From Lachnospiraceae bacterium (lineage in GTDB: Bacteria > Bacillota > Clostridia > Lachnospirales > Lachnospiraceae): a stretch of 64,000 nt of DNA. Within the stretch, counting starts at the first letter, position 1; each line of letters begins with the position of its first letter. This document shows, one piece after another, positions 35,223 to 42,965 of the stretch. A program made the translations under genes and the position numbers. A model generated the notes under the pieces. It saw nothing but the letters and a program-made list of their open reading frames with translations. It searched no databases and had not been told where the DNA came from. The stretch covers positions 437,121 to 501,120 of the forward strand of contig JAAUZV010000014.1 in the NCBI GenBank assembly GCA_014804425.1. Reading direction: 5' to 3'.

Positions 35223-35930
35223 ATGATCAGAGAAAACGTAATGCAGGTACATGCACATATCGCTGCCGCCTGTGCGCGGTGCGGACGTGAGCCGTCCGAG
35301 GTAACGCTCGTTGCGGTCAGCAAGACAAAACCGCTCTCCATGATCGAGGAATGCGTTGCAGCGGGAGAACGGATCTTCGGCGAAAACTATGTGCAGGAGC
35401 TGACGGAAAAATATGCACAATGTAACGCCAACGTCACATGGCATATGATCGGGCATTTGCAGCGCAACAAGGTCAAATATATCATAGACAAAACCGCGCT
35501 CATTCATTCCGTCGATTCCCTGCGTCTTGCCGCGCAGATCGAATCGGAGGCCGCCAAAAAAGAACTGACCGTGGATATTCTTCTCGAAGTCAACATCGCG
35601 GAAGAAGACTCCAAGTGGGGCTTTACCGCCGCCGAGGCGCCGGACGCCGTCGCGCGCATCGCCGCGGATTGTCCTCATGTGCGCGTGCGCGGATTCATGA
35701 CTTCCGCTCCCTACACGGACACGCCTGAAAGCAACCGTGTGCACTTCCGCCGTCTGCATGCTCTTTTTACAAGCATACAGGAAGCCCCGCCAAAGGCTGC
35801 CGACGGAAATCCGGTCTGCTTTGACACACTCTCCATGGGTATGACGGGTGACTATGAAGTCGCGATCGAGGAGGGCGCAACGATGGTGCGCGTCGGCACG
35901 GGCATTTTCGGCGAGCGCAGCTATCCCTGA
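35223..35930 (+). CDS. yggS: YggS-family pyridoxal-phosphate homeostasis protein
   Basis: LVAVSKTKP (PLP lysine), FGENYVQE, WHMIGHLQRNKVK, SMGMTGDYEVAIEEGATMVRVGTGIFG. Confidence 0.92.
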   Translation: MIRENVMQVHAHIAAACARCGREPSEVTLVAVSKTKPLSMIEECVAAGERIFGENYVQELTEKYAQCNANVTWHMIGHLQRNKVKYIIDKTALIHSVDSLRLAAQIESEAAKKELTVDILLEVNIAEEDSKWGFTAAEAPDAVARIAADCPHVRVRGFMTSAPYTDTPESNRVHFRRLHALFTSIQEAPPKAADGNPVCFDTLSMGMTGDYEVAIEEGATMVRVGTGIFGERSYP

Positions 35931-35948
35931 CCGCAGCCTGCGATCTGC

Positions 35949-36800
35949 TTACGCATCCGGATTCTGCTTATGATATTCGGCAAATACATCCAGAATCTCC
36001 TTGTACAGCCGGTTTCCTTTCTCCTGTTGAAAATGCTTGACTAATGCGATATTTAATTTTTGCTTATCCGAAGACTTCACAACATAATCATAGATAAACT
36101 TATAGCTTCCGGCCTCCAGCCCTTCTTCCTTAACCGCCTTGCGGATTTTCTTTCTCATGCTCTCGGGCAGGGACGGTTTCTCGGCTTTTTTCTGATCGGA
36201 CGCCTTTTTTCCGGATGCCTTCTGATCGGACGGATCGGACGCCTCCTTGCTGGATGCCTTCGACGTTGATGACGTCTTACCGGAAGCCTTTTGCTTCGAC
36301 TGCCTGCTGCCGCTTACGGGCCGATCAGCCTGCATCGGTTCGGGAGCCGGATTCTTCTGCATATCCGCATGCTCGCCTCCCGCCGCCTGCACGCCCTTGC
36401 CCGCGTCTGACTGCGCCGCTGTCTGCGTCACCGCTTTTTGCTTTTGCAGCGATTCGCAGCGCGTGATCGCAATCTGCTTATTTGTCTTTCTCCAAAATTC
36501 GATACAGCTGTCGTATCCCTTATCCTTACTGATAATATAGTATACGCGCTCCTGCCCGCTTCCGATCAGGTATCCGAGATAGGTGACAAGCTGAAAATCC
36601 AGATAATTTTTTGCCACACGCTCCGTCTTCGTGTAGGTGACATCCGCCTTTGCCTTTGTCAGCTCCACATGCTTGTCAAACGCGATCGAGCCGGTCCGCG
36701 TCCCATAAAAAACAATGACCTTATCCTTTGCGGACAGCTCCTCCAAGCCCAATAACCCTGCCAGTCCCGTATTTTCCAAGTCAACCAGATAGGTTGCCAT
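35949..36800 (-). CDS. NYN/PIN-like domain protein with low-complexity Lys/Ser/Ala linker and helical C-terminal domain
   Basis: The N-terminus MATYLVDLENTG...VIVFYG...YYIISKDKGYD resembles NYN/PIN-fold nuclease cores (acidic residues after beta strands). The middle 90 aa are low complexity. Assignment is tentative. Confidence 0.45.
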   Translation of the reverse strand: MATYLVDLENTGLAGLLGLEELSAKDKVIVFYGTRTGSIAFDKHVELTKAKADVTYTKTERVAKNYLDFQLVTYLGYLIGSGQERVYYIISKDKGYDSCIEFWRKTNKQIAITRCESLQKQKAVTQTAAQSDAGKGVQAAGGEHADMQKNPAPEPMQADRPVSGSRQSKQKASGKTSSTSKASSKEASDPSDQKASGKKASDQKKAEKPSLPESMRKKIRKAVKEEGLEAGSYKFIYDYVVKSSDKQKLNIALVKHFQQEKGNRLYKEILDVFAEYHKQNPDA

Positions 36801-36859
36801 CCGTTCCCCCTCCTTTTTGTACCGCCTGCCTATCCCATTCCGGTACCCTGCGGCATGCC

Positions 36860-38002
36860 TTACAACCGCACCTCTCTGCCGTGTTTATAAACCCTTTGCA
36901 GCTCCCAATCATCGTTTACCACGAGCAGATCCGCTTTTTTTCCGACCGCAATGCTTCCGTAATCGGCGTCGATGCCGAGTGCCGCCGCCGGATTGCTTGT
37001 CGCGGCGCGCACCGCCGCCTCAGCCGGAACCCCCATACGGATCGCCGTCACCATGCAGTCATACAGATTGGTCACGCTCCCCGCGATCGTACCGTCCGAA
37101 AGCACTGCCCGTTTTCCGCGCACCGTGACCGCCTGACCGCCAAGCTCATACATACCGTCCGGCATTCCCGCCGCCATCATGCTGTCGCTGATCAGGATGA
37201 CATGCTCCTCCCCGAACAGCCGGAACGTCATACGCACCGCGCACGCATCCACATGCACGCCGTCGCTGATCAATTCCACATCCGCGCCGTGATCAAACGC
37301 CGCGCCGATCACTCCCGGCTCCCTGTGCGAAAACGGCGGCATCGCGTTAAACAGATGCGTCACCTGCTTTGCCCCCGTTTGCATCGCCCGGGCACATGCA
37401 GCATAGTCCGCCGTCGTATGCGCCACTGAAAAGCGAAATTGCTCCGCGCACGCTTCCATACACGCGATCGCCCCCTTCTGCTCAGGCGCGATTGCTACGA
37501 TCCTGATCAGCCCTTCCGCCTTCGCGTTCAGTCCGCGCAGCAGCTCTATGTCCGGAAGCCGCAGATATGCACTGTTCTGCGCGCCTTTTTTGGCTTCCGA
37601 TAAAAAGGGACCTTCCAGATAAATCCCTTTTAAGCACTCGCTTTCCTTCGCATATGCCGCCGCCTCTGCGCAGATCTTACGCAGCCGTTCTTCCGGCAAT
37701 GTCATTGTCGCGGGCGATATGACCGTGATTCCGTGGCAGAGCTCGTACCGCTCAATGGCTTCAAACGCCTCCTTGGTCCCTTCACAAAAATCATGTCCCG
37801 CGCAGCCGTGAAAATGAAGATCCACAAGTCCCGGCAAAATAGTAGCGCCCTGCACATCCACCGTTTCCGCGTCATGCAGGCGCGCTTCCTCCACCGTCTC
37901 TTTCTGCGGAACAATCCGCTCTATAATGCTATTTCGGAGCAGAAGGTTCCGCTTGCAAAACCCCTGCTCCGCAATATATACATTTCCGCCCAAAAGCCAC
38001 AT
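36860..38002 (-). CDS. nagA: N-acetylglucosamine-6-phosphate deacetylase
   Basis: GLVDLHFHGCAGHDF, VAHTTADY, THLFNAM, ELISDGVHV. Confidence 0.9.
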   Translation of the reverse strand: MWLLGGNVYIAEQGFCKRNLLLRNSIIERIVPQKETVEEARLHDAETVDVQGATILPGLVDLHFHGCAGHDFCEGTKEAFEAIERYELCHGITVISPATMTLPEERLRKICAEAAAYAKESECLKGIYLEGPFLSEAKKGAQNSAYLRLPDIELLRGLNAKAEGLIRIVAIAPEQKGAIACMEACAEQFRFSVAHTTADYAACARAMQTGAKQVTHLFNAMPPFSHREPGVIGAAFDHGADVELISDGVHVDACAVRMTFRLFGEEHVILISDSMMAAGMPDGMYELGGQAVTVRGKRAVLSDGTIAGSVTNLYDCMVTAIRMGVPAEAAVRAATSNPAAALGIDADYGSIAVGKKADLLVVNDDWELQRVYKHGREVRL

Positions 38003-38040
38003 AAAATGTTTTTCCCTTCCGCGGCATTTCTCCCGCAGTC

Positions 38041-39345
38041 CTATCGGATGACCTCCGCAATGGTATCAAGCACTTCGTCCCTGCTGAACGGCTTTACGAT
38101 AAATTTCGACGCACCGAGCTTGATCGCCTCTATTACCTTCTGCTGCTGTCCCGCTGCCGTGATCATCACAACATTGGCCGCCGGATCAAGTTCTTTTATT
38201 CTGCGCAGCGCCTCAACACCGTCCATTACGGGCATCGTAATATCCAGCGAGATCATATCGGGATGGTATTTCTGATAGACTTCGATCGCTTCCTCCCCGT
38301 TTTCCGCCTCGCAAACGACCGTATAGCCCGCCTTCTCCACCAGCACGCGCAGTGCATGGCGGATCAGCATAGAATCATCCACGATAATGATCGTGCCCTT
38401 ACTGTTCTCCGTCACCGCGCTTCCCGCCTGCTTTGCAACCTGTTTCTTATACGGCACGGTTCCCGGAACAATGTCCTCATTGACCGAAATAAACAATTCC
38501 AGTAACTTGCCTTTCAGATAAATCGGCACGATATAGCCCTTACCCTTCATCTGCTGCGATTCATGGGCAAACGGCGACTCCATATCGATAAAGATTCCTT
38601 TTTCGCTCAAACCGGAAGCAAACAATCCGCTGCATATGTTTGCAAACTCACCGATCACGTCATACGCAATGTCCTTTTTGCGCCTCGCCTGCTCACCTGC
38701 ATAGCCCGTTGCCAGCGTGTAAAGCCCCTCGTCATCCTCTTTTCCCACAAAGGCGAGCCAAACCTGATAGTCCCCGTTAATCTTCTGTCCCACGAGCGCA
38801 TGATACTCATAATCCTCCACACGGCGAATCCTGTCTATATAAAAATCCATCGTGATAAAACGCGCGATATTCCTCAAAACGAGCGCCGTCACATCTGTCA
38901 CAAACGGCTTCGCCGCAAACGCGAATACCGGAACGATCGCATCAATATCATCTTTCTTGAGCGCTTTCATGTCCTGATCTGAAAAGCCCTTGGTTTCCTG
39001 AAAACGCGAGAGATAGGCGTCGATCTCCGAAACCGGAACACAATTCTTCTCAACAAGTATCTGAAGGAACTTCATGAACGCATTGCCCTGCTGGTCTAAG
39101 AGCTCCATGAGCTGCTTCCCCGTCAGATAACCCTTCTCCAATGCAATATCGCCAAAGCGCTTATCCTGCTGCGCCTGCAGATGATGGATTTCCTCTACCT
39201 GCTCGTTCGTCAGATAACCGGCTGCCACGGCGATCGTTCCCAGCTTTGCCCGCGCATCCGTCTGCTCCGCTAATACGCTATCCATCATATCCTTTGTAAT
39301 CACGTTTTGTTCGAGCAAAAACGCGCCAAATAACTGACTAAACAT
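38041..39345 (-). CDS. Multidomain signalling protein: tandem MshEN-like motifs, CheX/CheC-like domain and C-terminal receiver
   Basis: N-terminal 24-aa motifs are separated by 5-aa spacers (see finding). The middle domain has DVIGEFANICSGLF...P, close to the CheC/CheX D-x3-E-x2-N-x22-P site. The C-terminal CheY-like receiver reads IIIVDDSMLIRH...MISLDITMPVMDG...VMITAAG...KPF. Confidence 0.7.
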   Translation of the reverse strand: MFSQLFGAFLLEQNVITKDMMDSVLAEQTDARAKLGTIAVAAGYLTNEQVEEIHHLQAQQDKRFGDIALEKGYLTGKQLMELLDQQGNAFMKFLQILVEKNCVPVSEIDAYLSRFQETKGFSDQDMKALKKDDIDAIVPVFAFAAKPFVTDVTALVLRNIARFITMDFYIDRIRRVEDYEYHALVGQKINGDYQVWLAFVGKEDDEGLYTLATGYAGEQARRKKDIAYDVIGEFANICSGLFASGLSEKGIFIDMESPFAHESQQMKGKGYIVPIYLKGKLLELFISVNEDIVPGTVPYKKQVAKQAGSAVTENSKGTIIIVDDSMLIRHALRVLVEKAGYTVVCEAENGEEAIEVYQKYHPDMISLDITMPVMDGVEALRRIKELDPAANVVMITAAGQQQKVIEAIKLGASKFIVKPFSRDEVLDTIAEVIR

Positions 39346-39471
39346 ATTGGCACCTTCCCCCTTTGCGGTTTTATTCTGACGCCCCGCATCGCGGCGTCCC
39401 TGTTTATTTTTACATTGTACTATAAAACATCCCGAATTTGAAGCTATTTTTGTTAAAATCAGGGAATTTAT

Positions 39472-39500
39472 TTGTCATTGCACCCAATCCGATGTATAAT
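39472..39500 (+). promoter_or_regulatory. Candidate sigma-A promoter (TTGTCA-17-TATAAT)
   Basis: TTGTCAttgcacccaatccgatgTATAAT, 45 nt upstream of the 72-aa ORF. Confidence 0.55.
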
Positions 39501-39544
39501 TGTTACAAGCAACATCAAATTATTTCAAAAGGAGCAGGATTCAG

Positions 39545-39763
39545 ATGGATATCAAAGAGCAAATTACAAGCACAGTAGAAAAGATCACAAAGGACAAGAC
39601 GCTGATGGCGCAGTTTCAAAAAGATCCCGTCAAGACGGTGGAAAACGTGATGGGCGTCGATCTCCCCGATGATACGGTGAAGAAGATCGTGGACGGCGTA
39701 AAGTCCAAGATCAACGTCGATAAGGTTTCCGATGCGCTCGACGGCATCAAGAAGCTGTTTTAG
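39545..39763 (+). CDS. Small hypothetical protein (72 aa, Lys/Asp-rich, helical)
   Basis: ATG at 39545 with AAAGGAG upstream. Has its own promoter and a terminator at 39794-39836. Confidence 0.55.
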   Translation: MDIKEQITSTVEKITKDKTLMAQFQKDPVKTVENVMGVDLPDDTVKKIVDGVKSKINVDKVSDALDGIKKLF

Positions 39764-39793
39764 ACCGTAGGATTTCCTATCGTAAAAAAGCAT

Positions 39794-39836
39794 GACCGTG
39801 CAGTCACAATTTGGAACTGCACGGTCTTTAATCTTT
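39794..39836 (+). terminator. Rho-independent terminator
   Basis: GACCGTGCAGT-loop-ACTGCACGGTC followed by TTTAATCTTT. Confidence 0.65.
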
Positions 39837-39950
39837 CCGACTTGCATTATTTTTATAGATATGGTATAAACTAATTAAGTAAAGACCATCTCCTGCCCCC
39901 ATTTGTCCCGGTTCATTGAATCGGTTGACCGGGCGGGAAGATGGTCTTTC

Positions 39951-40448
39951 TTATTTCCTACCATATACCTTCTGTATTTCTTTGTTCTTCATTATCACAA
40001 TCTTATCAATAAACCGTGTATGTCTTGAAAAGTAAAGCGCTTCTATCTGTTTTCTGATTTCATCATCCGATAGCGGACAATCTGTAACACTAAAAATAAA
40101 GCTTGAAGCTTGTTTCCTTTTTTTCGACACCACATTGTAAAACAAGTCTTTGCTTCTCCCGGTTGGTGATTTCAAGTCAAACCGCTCACCATCTATCAAA
40201 TAATCCGGGGTCTGTACACCTTGCGGAACCATTATCTGCGGCACAAATTCAACGTATTTCCCATCCACCTTGTATGTCGTGCCATTGACCGCATATTCTT
40301 GCCTTTCGATAACGCTTCCTTTTATTCCTGCACATTTTGTCCATTCATTTGTAATATCCATGAAATCTATTTTATCACTTAGACCCACTTCCTGCAATCC
40401 CGGCGTGTCACCGACTACAAAAGCCTGCTTCCGCCGTCGCGGGCGCAC
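39951..40448 (-). pseudogene. Orphan C-terminal fragment resembling the nuclease-like tail domain of phage minor-capsid / polyvalent proteins
   Basis: The frame opens with GTG directly after an in-frame stop and has no RBS. YKVDGKYVEF...TPDYLIDGERFDLKSP...ASSFIFSVTDCPLSDDEI...IDKIVIMKN matches, from memory, a tail module seen on large phage/ICE proteins. The segment is visibly AT-richer than its flanks and lies next to a tRNA. Confidence 0.4.
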
Positions 40449-40537
40449 TTGAGTATGGTCCTGTCATGACAAATTCCATGACAAAAAAATATAAAACAGC
40501 CCTTTTACTGTATAATTATAGGTTATAAGAAGATACA

Positions 40538-40588
40538 TAAAAATACCGCAAAACCACTGATTTCACAAGAAATCCTCCGGTTTTGCGG
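40538..40588 (-). terminator. Terminator downstream of tRNA-Ala
   Basis: Minus strand reads CCGCAAAACCGGAGGATTTCTTGTGAAATCAGTGGTTTTGCGGTATTTTT. Confidence 0.7.
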
Positions 40589-40601
40589 CATTTTTCGTTC
40601 A

Positions 40602-40674
40602 TGGAGTATACGGGATTCGAACCCGTGGCCTCAACATTGCGGATGTTGCGCGCTCCCAGCTGCGCTAATACCCC
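40602..40674 (-). tRNA. tRNA-Ala, anticodon CGC (73 nt, CCA not encoded), with an unusual C at position 33
   Basis: Hand-folded: acceptor GGGGTAT/ATACTCC with G3:U70, D arm GCGC-AGCTGGGA-GCGC, anticodon arm CAACA-TCCGCAA-TGTTG, T arm ACGGG-TTCGAAT-CCCGT, discriminator A73. Confidence 0.8.
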
Positions 40675-40839
40675 ATCTGCGACGACTCTATTATACTACT
40701 TCATTTCTATTCTGAAAAGTAGAAAAATAAATTTTTCTCAAAATATTTGTCCGTAAATAGCAATATCTCATTTCAAAATTGTGTTCCTGGCGCAAATAGA
40801 TTATAATAAAACCTATCTGATTTTACACGAGAGGGAACG

Positions 40840-41295
40840 ATGCATATGATGATAATCAGAGATTACCAAAAAGCCGACTGGGATTCCATCGAGCGCATCC
40901 ACGACCGCGCCAGAAAAATCGAGTTATGTCTCGCCGGACTGAGCGATGCCTTTCTCCCCCTGCGCGTCGCGGCTGAGCGCGAGGGCTTATTTGATTATCC
41001 GGGCTTATTCGTTGCCGAGCGTGAGGAACAGGTCGTTGGTTTTACCGCCTGCACAGAAGATGAACTGGCGTGGCTCTATGTAGATCCACCAAGCATGCGC
41101 AAAGGAATCGGTCGCAGCCTTGCCGCACATGCAATGACTCAATTCCCGGGAATCCGATACATTGAAGTATTGAAAGGAAACAATCCGGCGATCGCTCTAT
41201 ATAAAAGCCTTGGTTTTCGGGCAACCGGCATTGAAAAGGGAAACATGCCCGGAAATGAGTGCTATTCGGTTGAGGTCTGCACTTTCAGTCGTTAA
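40840..41295 (+). CDS. GNAT-family N-acetyltransferase
   Basis: WLYVDPPSMRKGIGRSL (acetyl-CoA Q/RxxGxG/A motif) ...ALYKSLGF. Confidence 0.8.
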   Translation: MHMMIIRDYQKADWDSIERIHDRARKIELCLAGLSDAFLPLRVAAEREGLFDYPGLFVAEREEQVVGFTACTEDELAWLYVDPPSMRKGIGRSLAAHAMTQFPGIRYIEVLKGNNPAIALYKSLGFRATGIEKGNMPGNECYSVEVCTFSR

Positions 41296-41306
41296 ATGCT
41301 CTTTTT

Positions 41307-41873
41307 TCACAGCCTCCTCTCATAATAATCCGTATACGTCTTTCCGTCGTCCCCGCCGACCAGAACTTCCTCAGACCGGACAAAGCCCGCCTTCTCCACC
41401 GCGCATCTGCGCTCTGACGCAAAGGGCGGAACCTTGGTCGCCGCCATGCGGCAGCCGAAGCCCTTAAATGCGTCGGGCACGATCAGGGATAAAATCTCCG
41501 TAATCCACTCCTCACGCTCGTGATCGCTTTTCAAATCTAAACGAAGCAGACCGCAGTCATTAAAATAGTCCTGCGCTTCGCGGTTAAACAATTCGATCGT
41601 TCCGACGGCGCGTCCGATCTGCTTGTCAATGATCGCCCAGCGCACGAACCATTTTTCACGATATGCCTGCTGCCAGAATTCCACGGCGCTTTTCATCCGC
41701 TCGGGCGATGTGTAATGGAAGTCATCACCGTTGCAATTGTCGCTGTTAAAGAACGGCACCGCCTGCTCATCGGAATACACCGATAGCAGATCGTCCGCAT
41801 CCGCCGCCTCGATCAGCCTTAGCAAAACCTTTTCGCTTTCATAGACAGGACATGTTTCATAGGGATCTCTCAT
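41307..41873 (-). CDS. GNAT-family N-acetyltransferase (RimJ/RimL-like)
   Basis: ATG at 41873 follows GGAGGT. Has VLLRLIEAADADDL...WAIIDK...GRAVGTIEL...SERRCAVEKAGF. Confidence 0.7.
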   Translation of the reverse strand: MRDPYETCPVYESEKVLLRLIEAADADDLLSVYSDEQAVPFFNSDNCNGDDFHYTSPERMKSAVEFWQQAYREKWFVRWAIIDKQIGRAVGTIELFNREAQDYFNDCGLLRLDLKSDHEREEWITEILSLIVPDAFKGFGCRMAATKVPPFASERRCAVEKAGFVRSEEVLVGGDDGKTYTDYYERRL

Positions 41874-41948
41874 AAAGTACACCTCCGTTTTTTTAGCTTG
41901 CTTTTTTCCATGTACTCATTGTAGCACAGCAACTACGACAACGGCATG

Positions 41949-42869
41949 TCATCGTTTTTGGTATAAAGAAACAATTTCTTCCGCCGACGTCAGCAATTGT
42001 CTGCGAATATGTTCCGGTGATAGGACCTCCGCCTGATCGCCAAGGGACAGCAGCGTTCCGAGCCAGAACTGTTCGTTTTCCACCACCGTTGCCCTGATCA
42101 GCACATCGCCGTTCGGAAATTCCTCCTCGACCTTCCCTTTCAGATACTCAATGACCCGCGTTCTCACCGATTCCCTGCATTGGATGAGGATTTCCGTGTA
42201 CCGGCGGGAATCTGTCTTGTCGATCATGGATAAAATCGCGTCTGCCGATGCGTGTTCTTTTGTAAAGGGCATATCTGTCATGTGAAGCCCGCTCATCCGC
42301 ACAAGCTTATATGTCCGGTAATCCTGTTTGACCTTAGAATAGGCGAGAAGATACCATGCATACCATCGGTACAGGACCGCAATCGGCTCTACGCTGTGCG
42401 TGCGCGTCTCCCTGTTATTATTCGTATAGGTAAACTCCACCGTACGCTTTTCCGCCACGGCAGCCTGCAGCAGACGCAGCGCTTCCTGCTCCCCCTCCTG
42501 CAATACAGAAAAATCCAAAACCATCCCGTTCCCGGTAGCGCCCCCTTTCGACGCATGAATGATTTTTTCCGTCAGCTGTTTCGCTTTTCTGTCACCGGTC
42601 GCTGAAACCAGACCCTGAAGAGCCGTCAGAATATAGGAGTAGTCGTCCGGGGTAGCAAAACCGTGATCGAGCCGGTACGTTTCAGAAATCTCATAACCAC
42701 CGGAGGCTCCGGTCGTCGCAATGACGGGAATTCCTGCCATGCAAAGAGAATCGATGTCCCGCTGGATCGTCCGCTGCGACACTTCAAAATGCTTAGCCAA
42801 TTCGTTTGCGGACGTTCTTCCGTGATTTAAAAGGTACACCGTGACCGCATACAGGCGCTCGATTTTCAT
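41949..42869 (-). CDS. HTH + WYL domain transcriptional regulator (YafY-like)
   Basis: N-terminal HTH LLNHGRTSANELAKHFEVSQRTIQRDIDSL. WYL-type segment VEFTYTNNNRETRTHSVEPIAVLYRWYAWYLLAYSKVKQDYRTYKLVRM. Confidence 0.85.
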   Translation of the reverse strand: MKIERLYAVTVYLLNHGRTSANELAKHFEVSQRTIQRDIDSLCMAGIPVIATTGASGGYEISETYRLDHGFATPDDYSYILTALQGLVSATGDRKAKQLTEKIIHASKGGATGNGMVLDFSVLQEGEQEALRLLQAAVAEKRTVEFTYTNNNRETRTHSVEPIAVLYRWYAWYLLAYSKVKQDYRTYKLVRMSGLHMTDMPFTKEHASADAILSMIDKTDSRRYTEILIQCRESVRTRVIEYLKGKVEEEFPNGDVLIRATVVENEQFWLGTLLSLGDQAEVLSPEHIRRQLLTSAEEIVSLYQKR

Positions 42870-42923
42870 TTGCTTATATCCTCCCAGACGTGTGTATTGC
42901 CATTCCTACTGTTGCAGGATAGC

Positions 42924-42961
42924 AAAAGAACTATGACACCATTATGTCATAGTTCTTTTTT
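42924..42961 (-). terminator. Terminator of the TetR-MMPL-YhgE-like operon
   Basis: AAAAGAACTATGACA-loop-TGTCATAGTTCTTTTTT. Confidence 0.75.
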
Positions 42962-42965
42962 AGAA

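Noticed and set aside
35193-35759. 188-aa minus-strand ORF
   Set aside because: It is antisense to the clearly recognisable yggS gene and has no motifs.
36728-37429. 233-aa plus-strand ORF
   Set aside because: It is antisense to nagA. The composition is Arg/His/Pro-rich, typical of out-of-frame GC-rich antisense translation.
40840-42869. WYL regulator with two GNAT genes as a GNAT-toxin TA or defence module
   Set aside because: No RHH-type antitoxin or other defence gene is adjacent. The GNATs look like ordinary RimJ/RimI-type acetyltransferases. The evidence is insufficient.
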